A DNA stretch of 64,000 nt from Bacillota bacterium (lineage in GTDB: Bacteria > Bacillota > Sulfobacillia > JACIYH01): positions 64,457-128,456 of the forward strand of contig JBFLXJ010000023.1 of the NCBI GenBank assembly GCA_040757085.1. Direction: 5' to 3'. The notes beneath the pieces were generated by a model. The model ran no database searches, was not told the DNA's origin, and worked only from the letters and a program-made list of their open reading frames with translations. Each line of letters starts with the position of its first letter. Position 1 is the first letter of the stretch. The translations under genes were made by a program, and so were the position numbers. Below, piece by piece: positions 38,873 through 52,192 of this stretch.

Positions 38873-39904
38873 TTGCGCACCTGGATTGTGTTCCTTTCGG
38901 CGTTTACCCTTTGCCTGTTGTTGACTCCGCTGGTAAGAAAGCTGGCCCTGCGCGTGGGGGCGGTGGTCAAGCCTTCCCGGCGCAGCGTGCACTCCTGCCC
39001 CGTTCCCCACCTGGGCGGGGTGGCCATATACCTGTCTTTCGCCGTATCCATCCTGCTGGCGGGCGGGGCTGCTTCCCCCGTGGTGAGGGGCACCCTGATC
39101 GCCGGTCTGTTCGTCTGCCTTTGGGGGGTGTGGGACGACTTTTCCCCCATGCCCGCCTGGCGCAAGGTGGTGGGTCAACTGGTGGGGGCCGCCATCCTGG
39201 TGGCCCACGGCCTCAGCATCCCCTGGCTGGTGGGTCCCTGGGAGAAATACGTGTACCTGGGGTGGTTGGAGATCCCCTTCACCGTCTTCTGGTTGGTGGC
39301 CATGATGAACGTCATCAACCTGGTGGACGGCCTGGACGGGCTGGCCGCCGGTATCAGTTGCATCGCTTCCTTTACGCTGTTTTTCGTAGCCTGGGGCCAG
39401 GGGGTGCCCGAGGCCCTGCTCATGACCGCAGCTCTGGCCGGATGCTCGGCGGGTTTTCTCCGTTACAACTTCAATCCCGCGCGCATCTTCATGGGAGATG
39501 CGGGGGCACTATTCTTGGGGCTGACCCTGGGGTCCGTATCGGTGGCCGGTGCCATGAAGACCGCCACCGTCATCGCTGTGATCATCCCCCTGGTGGCCCT
39601 GGGTATCCCCGTCCTGGACACCGCCTTTGCCATCGTGCGCCGCCTGCGGGACGGACGGCCCATCTACGAGGCGGACCGTGACCACCTGCACCATCGCCTC
39701 CTGGGGATGGGACTCAACCAGCGGCAGGCCGTGCTGGTCATGTACGTGCTCAGCCTGGTGTGCGGCGTGGTAGCGGTCAGCCTGAGCCGGGTGCGGTTGG
39801 AACTGGGCCTGCTCATCGCGGCCACCGCTGCCCTGGTCATGCTGCTGGGCGGTCGCTGGTTTGGCCTGCTCCACGTGCGCAACGGTCGGGGCGGGAGGCA
39901 CTGA
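38873..39904 (+). CDS. tagO: UDP-GlcNAc:undecaprenyl-phosphate GlcNAc-1-phosphate transferase (TagO/WecA, MraY-like GT4)
   Basis: Polytopic membrane protein. MMNVINLVDGLDGLAAGISCIA and FMGDAGALFLG motifs of the MraY/WecA family. Confidence 0.85.
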   Translation: MRTWIVFLSAFTLCLLLTPLVRKLALRVGAVVKPSRRSVHSCPVPHLGGVAIYLSFAVSILLAGGAASPVVRGTLIAGLFVCLWGVWDDFSPMPAWRKVVGQLVGAAILVAHGLSIPWLVGPWEKYVYLGWLEIPFTVFWLVAMMNVINLVDGLDGLAAGISCIASFTLFFVAWGQGVPEALLMTAALAGCSAGFLRYNFNPARIFMGDAGALFLGLTLGSVSVAGAMKTATVIAVIIPLVALGIPVLDTAFAIVRRLRDGRPIYEADRDHLHHRLLGMGLNQRQAVLVMYVLSLVCGVVAVSLSRVRLELGLLIAATAALVMLLGGRWFGLLHVRNGRGGRH

Positions 39905-41055
39905 TGGCTCCCCAGCGCATTCGCGTGATGGCGGTATTCGGCACCCGCCCCGAGGCCATCAAGATGGCGCCGGTGGTGCTGGAGCTGCGCAAGGACAGCA
40001 GGTTTGCCGTAGAGGTGGCGGTAACCGCTCAGCACCGGGAGATGCTGGACCAGGTGATGGAGCACTTCGGGATATTGCCCGACTACGACCTGGACATCAT
40101 GTTGCCCGGCCAGACCCTCACCCAGACGACGGTGCGGGGCCTGATGCGCCTGGAGAGGGTGCTGCGCCGGCACCGCCCGGACCTGGTGCTGGTGCACGGG
40201 GACACGGTTACCACCATGGTGGGGGCCCTGGCCGCCTTCTATCAGCAGATCCCGGTGGGGCACGTGGAGGCCGGGCTGCGGACCCGCCACAAGTACGCCC
40301 CTTTCCCCGAGGAGATGTGCCGCCACCTCACCGGGGTGCTGGCCGACCTGCACTTTGCCCCCACCGCCCGTGCGCGCCAGAACCTGCGTGAGGAGGGGGT
40401 TCCCCCCGAGCGTATCTACGTTACGGGGAACACGGTCATCGACGCCCTTTTCCAGACCGTGCGCCCCGACTACCGGTTCCGCCACCCCCGGCTGGCCGAG
40501 ATGGACTTGGGATGCCGGCGCGTTCTCGCCGTGGATGTTCACCGGCGGGAGAATTTCGGCTCCCCCATGCGCAGCATATTTGCGGGGCTGAAGAGGTTGG
40601 CCGAAGAGCGCGAGGACGTCCTGCTGGTCGTCTCGGTGCACCGCAATCCCCAGGTGGCATCTGTGGCGGAGGAGTTCCTGAGGGGTGCTCCCCGCACGGA
40701 GCTCCTGGACCCCCTGGATTACCCGGATTGGGCCAACCTGATGAACCGCTGCTACCTGGTGATCAGCGATTCGGGGGGGCTGCAGGAGGAGGCGCCCGCC
40801 CTGGGGAAGCCGGTACTGGTGCTGCGCGAGGTGACAGAGCGGCCCGAGGCCCTGGAAGCGGGTACGGTAAGGCTGGTGGGAACGGACGGGGACACCCTGT
40901 GCCGGGAGGCGTGCCGGCTGCTGGACGATCCTGCCGCCTACCGGCAGATGGCCACGGCGAAGAACCCCTACGGGGACGGGCGGGCTGCCTGGCGCATAGC
41001 GGCGGCCCTGAGGCATAATTTCCTGGGAGAAAATCCCCCCGAGGACTTCGCCTGA
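39904..41055 (+). CDS. wecB: UDP-N-acetylglucosamine 2-epimerase (non-hydrolysing)
   Basis: ATG overlaps the tagO stop (ATGA). IRVMAVFGTRPEAIKMAPVV...LVLVHGDTVTT...GHVEAGLRT...ISDSGGLQEEAP. The track ORF start at 39760 is probably upstream of the true start. Confidence 0.9.
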   Translation: MAPQRIRVMAVFGTRPEAIKMAPVVLELRKDSRFAVEVAVTAQHREMLDQVMEHFGILPDYDLDIMLPGQTLTQTTVRGLMRLERVLRRHRPDLVLVHGDTVTTMVGALAAFYQQIPVGHVEAGLRTRHKYAPFPEEMCRHLTGVLADLHFAPTARARQNLREEGVPPERIYVTGNTVIDALFQTVRPDYRFRHPRLAEMDLGCRRVLAVDVHRRENFGSPMRSIFAGLKRLAEEREDVLLVVSVHRNPQVASVAEEFLRGAPRTELLDPLDYPDWANLMNRCYLVISDSGGLQEEAPALGKPVLVLREVTERPEALEAGTVRLVGTDGDTLCREACRLLDDPAAYRQMATAKNPYGDGRAAWRIAAALRHNFLGENPPEDFA

Positions 41056-41100
41056 GGGCAGGAGGAATCGGAGTCCGAGGAGAGAATAGAAGGAGAGGTT

Positions 41101-41343
41101 GTGCGCTACTCAGGGCTGGCATTATCGTTCGGCCTGCTCATGGTCATCCTGGCCGGACTGGGGTTCCTCGGGGGACGAGCCCTGGACGGGCGCCTGGGTA
41201 CGTTTCCCCTGTTTGCGCTCCTGGGGGTGCTGGCCGGCATAGTGCTGGCGTTCTACGACCTGGTGCGCGAACTCAACCTGGTTGACCGGCTGGAGAGACG
41301 GCGCCGATGGGGAGGTAAGCAAAACGGGCGGGAGGATGGTTAG
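41101..41343 (+). CDS. atpZ: AtpZ/AtpI-family small membrane protein preceding the ATP synthase operon
   Basis: 80 aa, two TM helices (LLMVILAGLGFLGG; LFALLGVLAGIVLAF). Position immediately upstream of atpI. Confidence 0.55.
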   Translation: MRYSGLALSFGLLMVILAGLGFLGGRALDGRLGTFPLFALLGVLAGIVLAFYDLVRELNLVDRLERRRRWGGKQNGREDG

Positions 41344-41775
41344 GTGACGGGGCTGGCGGAGGCCTGGACGTTTGCGGCGAGGGCAGGACAGGGGTTTGTC
41401 CTCTGTCTCGCCGTGGCCGCCCTGGCCGACCTGGTCCTGGCGTTGCGGGACAGGCGCGCCGGCACCGGGACGCGCCGGGCCCAGTGGCGTTCCCTGATGG
41501 TGGTGGGCCTGGGCCGCCTGGCGGCGGACGCCTTCGGCCTGCTCCTCGTGTTCTTTCTGCTCGCCAATGAGTGGGCGCTGGTCGGGGGTGCCCTGGGACT
41601 GCTCTGCTGGCGCGCCCTTTGGGTCACCTTTGCCACCCGCCGCCTTCCCCGCCGCAGTCCCTGTGTAGCCGATCAGGGTTGCGTCTCGGAGCGCGCCAGC
41701 GGCGTCACCGGGGGGCAGGGGCCGGGGCGCGTGACCGACCCGGTGAGCGGCCGGCATGAGGAGGCGGTGACTTGA
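41344..41775 (+). CDS. atpI: ATP synthase protein I
   Basis: 143-aa hydrophobic protein between atpZ and atpB. Assignment is from position and hydropathy only. Confidence 0.5.
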   Translation: MTGLAEAWTFAARAGQGFVLCLAVAALADLVLALRDRRAGTGTRRAQWRSLMVVGLGRLAADAFGLLLVFFLLANEWALVGGALGLLCWRALWVTFATRRLPRRSPCVADQGCVSERASGVTGGQGPGRVTDPVSGRHEEAVT

Positions 41776-42569
41776 GCGCAGGCGCTGCTGCCTGGTGGCT
41801 GGCTGAGGCGGAGCACGAGTCCGCCGCGGCTGCCGCCCACGGAGATATCCTGTTTCACATCGGCCCGCTGCCGGTAACATCGGCCATCACCACGGCCTGG
41901 GTTATCATCGCCATCCTGGGGCTGGTCTCGTTCCTGGCCACCCGGCGCCTGGAGAAGGTGCCTTCCTCCCGGTTGCAAATTGCCCTGGAGGCCGTCATCG
42001 AGTACCTGGAGGGCCATTTCGGGTCCATCCTGGGTAAAGAGCGTGCCTGGCAGTATCTGCCTTTCCTGAGCACTTTCTTCTTATTCATCATCGTTTCCAA
42101 CTATGCAGGCATCCTGCCCGGGGCCGGGCACCTGAAGGGATTCGCCGCCCCCACCAGCCACCTGGGGTACAATGCCGGCATGGCCCTGGTGGTGTTCTTC
42201 TCCTACCACTACTTCGGCATACGGACGCGGGGGGTGGCTTACCTGAAGCACCTGGCCGATCCCCCCTTCATGCTCCCCCTCAACCTGGTGGACGAGGTCG
42301 TGAGGCCGCTTTCCCTCTCCTTACGTCTCTTCGGTAACATCTACGGGGGCGAGGCGGTGCTGGCGGTCATGCTCACCGTCCTGCCCTACTTCCTGCCCGC
42401 TTTCATGATGGGACTGGAGCTCATCTTCGGGTACATCCAGGCCCTCATTTTCACCACGCTAGCTGCCATCTACATTGCCGGGGCCACCGAACACCACGAG
42501 CTGGCGGCGGAACAAGAGCGCCACCGGGGTCCCGGCACGTGCGAGCACAGAAAGGAGGAGTCGCGGTGA
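41772..42569 (+). CDS. atpB: F0F1 ATP synthase subunit a
   Basis: LSLSLRLFGNIYGGE (essential Arg context), 5-6 TM helices. Confidence 0.9.
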   Translation: MSAGAAAWWLAEAEHESAAAAAHGDILFHIGPLPVTSAITTAWVIIAILGLVSFLATRRLEKVPSSRLQIALEAVIEYLEGHFGSILGKERAWQYLPFLSTFFLFIIVSNYAGILPGAGHLKGFAAPTSHLGYNAGMALVVFFSYHYFGIRTRGVAYLKHLADPPFMLPLNLVDEVVRPLSLSLRLFGNIYGGEAVLAVMLTVLPYFLPAFMMGLELIFGYIQALIFTTLAAIYIAGATEHHELAAEQERHRGPGTCEHRKEESR

Positions 42570-42799
42570 CGGCAGGTTTAGTGGCCCTGGCCGCCGGTCT
42601 GGCGGTGGCCATCGCGGCGGTGGGGAGCGCTACCGCCCAGGGGAAGACGGCCGTGGCAGCCCTCGACGCCATCTGGAGGCAACCCGATGCGGCGGGTGAC
42701 GTGCGGGGCGCCATGATGCTGGCCCTGGCCTTCCAGGAGGCGCTCACCATCTTCGTGATGCTGGTGGCGCTGATGCTAGCCTTGAAGGTGACGGTGTAG
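42566..42799 (+). CDS. atpE: F0F1 ATP synthase subunit c
   Basis: GTG after AAGGAGG. Hairpin of two TM helices with conserved carboxylate (LAFQEALTIFVMLVAL). Confidence 0.85.
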   Translation: MTAGLVALAAGLAVAIAAVGSATAQGKTAVAALDAIWRQPDAAGDVRGAMMLALAFQEALTIFVMLVALMLALKVTV

Positions 42800-42863
42800 T
42801 GCGGGCCGTGGTCGGCCCTCACGGCCGTACTTTACCGGCGATCCGGCCCGGGAGGCAGGTGCG

Positions 42864-43348
42864 GTGATCGAGTTCCGGTGGTACGAACTGGTGTGGGCGG
42901 TGATTAACTTTGCCGTCCTCTTCTTCCTCCTGCAAAAGTTCCTCTTCCGTCCCGTCATGAGCATGATGGAGAAGAGGCGGCAGGAGATCAGCGCCAACCT
43001 CAAGCAGGCCGAGGAGGCCCGTCAGGAGGCAGCTCGCCTGCAGGCCGAGTACCGTCAGCAACTGGCGGCGGCCCAGCGGGAAGCCCAGGAGATCATGGAC
43101 CGGGCGGTGCGGGCAGCGGAAGAGGCAAAGGCCCGGCTGGTGAGTGAAGCGCAGGCGGAGGCAGCGCGCCTGCGCGACCGGGCGGTAGAGGCCATCGCCC
43201 AGGAAAAGGACAAGGCCCTGGCCGAACTGCGCGAGGAAGTGACCAGCCTGGCCATCGCCGCCGCCAGCCGCATCATCCGGCGTACCATGACGGAAGAGGA
43301 CGAGCGCCGCCTGGTGGAGGAATTCGCCCGGGAACTGGGTGAGTCGCC

Positions 43349-43352
<4 letters not shown>
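42864..43352 (+). CDS. atpF: F0F1 ATP synthase subunit b
   Basis: Single N-terminal TM followed by a long charged coiled coil (EEARQEAARLQAEYRQQLAAAQREAQEI). Confidence 0.85.
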
Positions 43353-45513
<2,161 letters not shown>

Positions 45514-45546
45514 AGTCGGCTGCCTGAGCGGACAGGAGGCGCAGGG

Positions 45547-46398
45547 GTGGCAGGCATCCTGGAAATCCGCCGCCGGGTAAGGGCGGTGAAAAATATCCAG
45601 CAGGTCACGCGGGCCATGCAGATGGTGGCCGCGGCCAAGCTCAGGCGCACTCAGGAGCGCCTGGTGGCTGCCCGGCCGTACGCGGCCGCCCTGGAAGAGA
45701 TCATCGCCGATCTGGCCCGCAGGGGACCCGCTCTGGATCATCCCTTCTTCCGTCCCCGGGGAGGCCCGGTGGCTTACCTGGTGGTGGGGGGGGATCGGGG
45801 TCTTTGCGGCGCTTACAACATGAACGTGGTGAGGCGGGCCCTGGACGAGGTGGGGGCCCGGGCCGGTGACGTGATGGTGGTGGCGGCCGGGCGACGGGTA
45901 CGCGACTTCCTGCGCCGGCGGGGAGTCTCCCTGGAGGCGGAATACGCCCCCCTGGGGGAAGAGATCGAATTGAAACTGGCGCGGGTGGTGGCCGACCGTC
46001 TGGGGGCGGCCTTTGTGGAAGGACGTTGCCGGGAGTTGCGTGTGATCTTCACCCGGTACATCTCGACCGGTACCCAGCAGGTGGAGGAGCAGTTGCTGCT
46101 TCCCCTCGCCCCGCCGGGGGGGGAAGAAAAGCGGGCGGTGGTGGAATACCACCTGGAACCTTCTCCCCAGGTGGCGGCGCAGGTCCTGCTGCCCCGTTAC
46201 CTGCAGGTGGAGGTGTACCGCCTGCTCCTGGAGGCCAAGACCTCGGAGCATGCCGCCCGCATGCGGGCGATGGCCAATGCCACCGACAATGCCGAAGAGA
46301 TGATCACCGAACTCACCATGGAGATGAACCGGGAGCGGCAGGCGGGCATTACGCGGGAAATCGCGGAGATCGTGGGCGGCGCGGAAGCCCTGAAGTAG
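45547..46398 (+). CDS. atpG: F0F1 ATP synthase subunit gamma
   Basis: ILEIRRRVRAVKNIQQVTRAMQMVAAAKLRRTQ N-terminus and C-terminal helix typical of gamma. Confidence 0.9.
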   Translation: MAGILEIRRRVRAVKNIQQVTRAMQMVAAAKLRRTQERLVAARPYAAALEEIIADLARRGPALDHPFFRPRGGPVAYLVVGGDRGLCGAYNMNVVRRALDEVGARAGDVMVVAAGRRVRDFLRRRGVSLEAEYAPLGEEIELKLARVVADRLGAAFVEGRCRELRVIFTRYISTGTQQVEEQLLLPLAPPGGEEKRAVVEYHLEPSPQVAAQVLLPRYLQVEVYRLLLEAKTSEHAARMRAMANATDNAEEMITELTMEMNRERQAGITREIAEIVGGAEALK

Positions 46399-46431
46399 CG
46401 GACAGATATGGCGGCGCGGCATGAGCCCTGA

Positions 46432-47859
<1,428 letters not shown>

Positions 47860-47975
47860 CCGCCACAGCGCCGGTAGGCACCTCGGGTCGCCGCCGGCGC
47901 CGATAAGGCTCCACCGCTCGCCACTTTGCGCGGGGTGATGCAGGCAGGCGGTTCCAAGGAGGACTGGCTGGGACG

Positions 47976-48404
47976 ATGCGCGACAACGTGGAAGCAGAGG
48001 CTCCCATAATGCTGGAGGTCCTCACCCCCGAACGCCGCGTGTTCAGGGGTGCGGTGGAAGCGGTGGTCATCCCCGGCCGCCAGGGGCTCCTGGGGGTTCT
48101 CCCCCGCCATTCGCCCATGCTGGTCATCCTGCGGCCGGGGGTGCTGGTTTTCCGGCGCGAAGGGAAGAAGGAGCGCATGGCGGTCAGCGGGGGAGTGTGC
48201 CAGGTCCTGCAGGATCGGGTGCTGGTGCTGGCCGACGCCGCCGAACTGGCCCAGGACATCGACGTGTTGCGCGCCAGGGCCGCCCGGGATCGCGCCCTGG
48301 CCCGCCTCCGTTCCCGGTCTGCCGAGGTGGATGAAGCCCGCGCCCGGGCCGCGCTGGAACGGGCGGTGGCGCGTCTGCGGGCCGCCGGCCCAGACAAAAG
48401 TTAA
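47976..48404 (+). CDS. atpC: F0F1 ATP synthase subunit epsilon
   Basis: AAGGAGG 12 nt upstream of ATG. LEVLTPERRVFRGAVEAVVIPGRQGLLGVLPRH. Confidence 0.85.
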   Translation: MRDNVEAEAPIMLEVLTPERRVFRGAVEAVVIPGRQGLLGVLPRHSPMLVILRPGVLVFRREGKKERMAVSGGVCQVLQDRVLVLADAAELAQDIDVLRARAARDRALARLRSRSAEVDEARARAALERAVARLRAAGPDKS

Positions 48405-48500
48405 CCATTTCGCCAGGCTTTGCGTGAGTTGGTTTGCATACGGCCTTCGCCTCCGCAGCCAAACTAAGGGTGACGTAAAAAAGCGGGGCGGAGGCAGGAA

Positions 48501-49757
48501 GTGGAATCCAGGCTGGTAATCTGTGGGGGCAAACCGCTTTTGGGCACGGTGCGGATAGAGGGGGCCAAGAACTCGGCCCTGCCTCTGCTGGCTGCGTCGC
48601 TGCTTGCCCAGGGCGAGGTGGTTTTGCACCAGGTGCCCCACCTGGATGACGTCCGCACCATGGTGGAAGTCCTGCAGGCCCTGGGGGCCAGGGTGAGCGC
48701 GGACGGGAACCGGGTGGCGGTGACTGCGGGCACGCTGGAGCGTCACGAGGCTCCCTACGAGCAGGTGCGCAAGATGCGCGCCTCTCTGCTCGTTATGGGA
48801 CCCTTGCTGGCGCGGGTGGGAAAGGTGCGCATGGCCCTCCCCGGAGGGTGCGCCATTGGCGTACGACCGATCGATCTGCACCTGAAAGGACTATCCGTCC
48901 TGGGGGCCCGCGTGACCGCCCGGGGCGGGCAGGTGGACATCCGCGCTTCCAGCCTCCAGGGCGGCCGGGTGTACCTGGACTGGCCTTCGGTGGGCGCCAC
49001 CGAGAACATCATGGTGGCCGCCGTCCTTGCCCGGGGCACGACCTACATTGAGAATGCGGCCGAGGAACCCGAGATCGTGGACCTGGCCAACTTCCTCAAC
49101 GCCATGGGGGCGCGGGTGGTGGGCGCTGGCACCAACGTGATCAGGGTGGACGGTGTCCGGGAACTCACGGGGGTGGAGCACACCATCATCCCCGACCGCA
49201 TCGAGGCGGGTACGTATCTGGTGGCGGGAGCCATCACCGGGGGCGAGGTCGCCGTGGAAAACGTGGTCCCGGAGCACCTCAAGGCGGTGGTGGCCAAGCT
49301 GCGGGAGGCGGGGGCCGTGGTAGAAGAAAACGCCACGCGGGTCCACCTGAGGGCTCAGGGGCGGCCCCGCCCCACCGACATCCGCACCATGCCATATCCG
49401 GGGTTCCCCACCGATATGCAGGCCCAGATGATGGCGTTGCTTTCCGTGGCTGATGGCTGCAGCGTCATCACGGAAACGGTGTTCGAGAACCGCTTCATGC
49501 ATGTGGAAGAACTGAAGCGGATGGGGGCTAACATCAAGATCGAGGGACGGAGTGCCGTGGTGAGGGGGGTAAAGAGACTCACCGGGGCCCCGGTGAAGGC
49601 CACCGACCTCCGGGCCGGCGCCGGCCTGGTGCTGGCCGGCCTGGCTGCGGACGGAGTTTCCGAGGTGTCCGGCGTCAACCACCTGGACCGCGGCTACGTG
49701 GACCTGCACCTGAAGCTGCGTTCCCTGGGAGCCGACATCACCCGCACCTCCCCATAG
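48501..49757 (+). CDS. murA: UDP-N-acetylglucosamine 1-carboxyvinyltransferase
   Basis: [32 protein letters not shown] is the canonical MurA N-terminus. 418 aa. Confidence 0.9.
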   Translation: MESRLVICGGKPLLGTVRIEGAKNSALPLLAASLLAQGEVVLHQVPHLDDVRTMVEVLQALGARVSADGNRVAVTAGTLERHEAPYEQVRKMRASLLVMGPLLARVGKVRMALPGGCAIGVRPIDLHLKGLSVLGARVTARGGQVDIRASSLQGGRVYLDWPSVGATENIMVAAVLARGTTYIENAAEEPEIVDLANFLNAMGARVVGAGTNVIRVDGVRELTGVEHTIIPDRIEAGTYLVAGAITGGEVAVENVVPEHLKAVVAKLREAGAVVEENATRVHLRAQGRPRPTDIRTMPYPGFPTDMQAQMMALLSVADGCSVITETVFENRFMHVEELKRMGANIKIEGRSAVVRGVKRLTGAPVKATDLRAGAGLVLAGLAADGVSEVSGVNHLDRGYVDLHLKLRSLGADITRTSP

Positions 49758-49767
49758 GTGGGCGACG

Positions 49768-49796
49768 GCATAGGCTCACCAGCCCTACCATACAGT
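49768..49796 (+). promoter_or_regulatory. putative sigma-E-type promoter upstream of spoIID
   Basis: GCATAGG - 14 nt - CATACAGT, compared with the B. subtilis sigma-E consensus ..ATA.. N14 CATACA-T. spoIID is the archetypal sigma-E target. Confidence 0.3.
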
Positions 49797-49801
49797 GGGG
49801 A

Positions 49802-50785
49802 TTGGGTGGTCTGTTGAAGAAGCTTCTTCTAGGGTTTGTCGCTTTTTTGGTGCTCCTCATGGTGTTGCTGCCTGCCCTGCTGGTCGGTATCAAGCCCCGG
49901 AGGCTGCCTCCTCCCGCCGGGTATCCCATCACGGTTACGGTGCTGCGTCACGACAACGGACAAACTGTCGAACTGCCGCTTGAGGAGTACGTGAAAGGCG
50001 TGGTGGCCGCCGAGATGCCGGCCGCCTTTCATCCCGAGGCCCTGAAGGCCCAGGCGGTGCTGGCGCGCACCTATGCGGTGCGACGCCTGCGGCTGTTCGG
50101 GGGAACGGGGGTGGGCGACGGGCGGGCCGATGTGTCCTCCGATCCCGCGCAGGGGCAGGGATGGCTCGACCAGCGGGCTCTGCGACAGAAGTGGGGTCTC
50201 GTGGGATATTACCGTTACTGGAACAAGATTTCTGCGGCGGTGGAAGCGACCAGCGGGCAGGTGCTTACCTACCAGGGCGAGGTGGCGGACGGGCTTTACC
50301 ACTCCACGTGCGGAGGGCATACCGAGTCGGCCCGCGAGGTATGGGGAAACGACGTGCCCTACCTGGGCGGGGTTCCCTGCGATTTCTGCGGGGATTCGCC
50401 CCGCTATCGCACCCAAGTCTACGTGCCCCTGCGTGCCCTGTCCCAGGCCGTGCCCTCCTCCACAGGGTCGGCACCGTCCTCCCCGCGAGCGGCGCCGGTC
50501 CTCAAGCTGCTGGAATCCACCGTGACGGGGCGGGTGAGGTTGCTGCAGGTGGGCGGGGTCCTCCTCAAAGGGACCGACGCCCGCGTGCGCCTGGGCCTAC
50601 CCTCCACCTGGTTTTCCTGGCAGGTGGAAGGTGACCGCGTCCGTTTTGACGTGCGGGGCTGGGGCCACGGCGTGGGCATGTGCCAGTACGGCGCCAACGG
50701 CCAGGCCCGGCAAGGCCGCACGTACCTGGAGATCCTGCAATACTACTTCCCGGGCACAGCCGTCCGCCTCATCTTTTCCGAATGA
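49802..50785 (+). CDS. spoIID: stage II sporulation protein D (lytic transglycosylase)
   Basis: YVKGVVAAEMPAAFHPEALKAQAVLARTYAV...LYHSTCGGHTESAREVWGNDVPYLGGVPC. N-terminal TM. Confidence 0.85.
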   Translation: MGGLLKKLLLGFVAFLVLLMVLLPALLVGIKPRRLPPPAGYPITVTVLRHDNGQTVELPLEEYVKGVVAAEMPAAFHPEALKAQAVLARTYAVRRLRLFGGTGVGDGRADVSSDPAQGQGWLDQRALRQKWGLVGYYRYWNKISAAVEATSGQVLTYQGEVADGLYHSTCGGHTESAREVWGNDVPYLGGVPCDFCGDSPRYRTQVYVPLRALSQAVPSSTGSAPSSPRAAPVLKLLESTVTGRVRLLQVGGVLLKGTDARVRLGLPSTWFSWQVEGDRVRFDVRGWGHGVGMCQYGANGQARQGRTYLEILQYYFPGTAVRLIFSE

Positions 50786-50849
50786 TCCTGCTGGGCGGAT
50801 GGCAGGATATGCATAATTTGGCAGCTTCCTGGGCAGGATACGGGTTGAG

Positions 50850-51773
50850 GTGAATACCCTGACCCGTAACCCGGATAACTACCAGCCGGACCATCACCCG
50901 GACCCGCAGCCCAGGCGCTGGCGCCTCCAGCGAGGTGCCCTCCGGCCGGCGGGCATCCGGCAGCGTGCCGGGAACCGGCGGACGGGCCGTACCCGGCGGC
51001 GCAGGGGGGGGCTGAGCAGCCGTCAGTGGGCCTACCTGGCAGTGGGCGTCTTCATGCTGGCCTGTCTGACCGTCCCCGGGCTCATGTGGTTGCTTTCTCC
51101 GCGCGCCAGCATCCCGGCTTTCCCCGGTCCCGCCGGCCCTGCCCCCGCGAGCCCTGCCGCCCCCGCTGAGGCAGCCACCACCCTCACCGGCTCCGCCAGC
51201 CCCGCCGGATCCACCAGCCCTTCGCCCGCAGGGACATCAGCCCCCTCTTCCTCTGCATCTGGTTCTTCCCCGTCTGGGGGGTCGCCCGCCCCATCCGCAT
51301 CCTCCACGGCGACACCTTCATCGTCCTCGCCCGTGCCCTCCTCGCCTGGCGCGGCCCAGCCACCGGGGCCGGCCCCCGGAGAGCTGGGCTGGCCGCTGGC
51401 AGGGCAGGTGATCACCGGGTATGGCTTCGCCTACTCGGAGGTACACGGGGACTGGAGGTTGCATGCCGGCCTCGACCTGGAAGGTGAGCGGGGTGCCGGG
51501 GTTGCTGCGGCGGCAGCCGGGACCGTCAGGCTTGTGTCCCGCAGCCAGCAAGAAGGGTGGGTGGTCGAGATCGACCACGGCGGTGGTGTAGTCACCGCAT
51601 ACAGCCACCTGGGTAAGGTCCTGGTGCGCCGGGGCGAGAAAGTACGTCAGGGCCATGTGATCGGGCACCTGGGGGACCCGGGGGAAGCTGAGCCCGCGCA
51701 GGTGCACCTGCATTTTGAAGTGCGGGTGGATGGCGCGACGCAGGACCCTGCCGACTGGCTGATGCCGCGTTAA
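50850..51773 (+). CDS. M23 (LytM) family peptidase, SpoIIQ-like by position, catalytic motifs intact
   Basis: TM helix, Pro/Ser/Ala-rich linker, HxxxD (HAGLDLEG) and HxH (VHLHFEV) zinc ligands. Sits between spoIID and spoIIID as in clostridial spoIIQ. Confidence 0.75.
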   Translation: MNTLTRNPDNYQPDHHPDPQPRRWRLQRGALRPAGIRQRAGNRRTGRTRRRRGGLSSRQWAYLAVGVFMLACLTVPGLMWLLSPRASIPAFPGPAGPAPASPAAPAEAATTLTGSASPAGSTSPSPAGTSAPSSSASGSSPSGGSPAPSASSTATPSSSSPVPSSPGAAQPPGPAPGELGWPLAGQVITGYGFAYSEVHGDWRLHAGLDLEGERGAGVAAAAAGTVRLVSRSQQEGWVVEIDHGGGVVTAYSHLGKVLVRRGEKVRQGHVIGHLGDPGEAEPAQVHLHFEVRVDGATQDPADWLMPR

Positions 51774-51865
51774 CCCAATCCCCGGGTGGCCCTGAACCGG
51801 GCTAGTCTTTTCCCGGTGGCTCCCACATATGATGTAGCGCAGGCCGGTGCTGGGGGGGCCGCAGG

Positions 51866-52120
51866 GTGAATGACTTCATATGGAAGCGTGTGCTCGAGGT
51901 TTCCCAGTACATTTACCGCACCGGGGCCACGGTGAGGGACACTGCCCGCGAGTTTGGGGTCTCCAAGAGCACCGTTCACAAGGATGTCTCTGAGAGACTG
52001 CCGCGCATCAACGCGGAGCTTGCCGATCAGGTAAGGAAGGTCCTGGACTTCAACAAGGCGCAGCGACATATCCGGGGAGGAGAGGCCACCAGGCGCAAGT
52101 ACCAGGCCATCACACGTTAG
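51866..52120 (+). CDS. spoIIID: sporulation transcriptional regulator SpoIIID
   Basis: IWKRVLEVSQYIYRTGATVRDTAREFGVSKSTVHKDVSERLPRINAELADQVRKVLDFNKAQRHIRGGEATRRKY is near-identical in pattern to Bacillus SpoIIID. Confidence 0.9.
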   Translation: MNDFIWKRVLEVSQYIYRTGATVRDTAREFGVSKSTVHKDVSERLPRINAELADQVRKVLDFNKAQRHIRGGEATRRKYQAITR

Positions 52121-52192
52121 CCGCTCCCGCAGGAAATTGCCCCATCTCGTGGAAGAAGAGGAGGGAAGCGGGCAAGACCGGGGGGATCTGGG

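Noticed and set aside
51774-51865. sigma-E-like promoter upstream of spoIIID (CATATGAT with TCTTTTC 14 nt upstream)
   Set aside because: The -10 deviates at the critical AC positions and the -35 lacks ATA. Too weak to list as a feature
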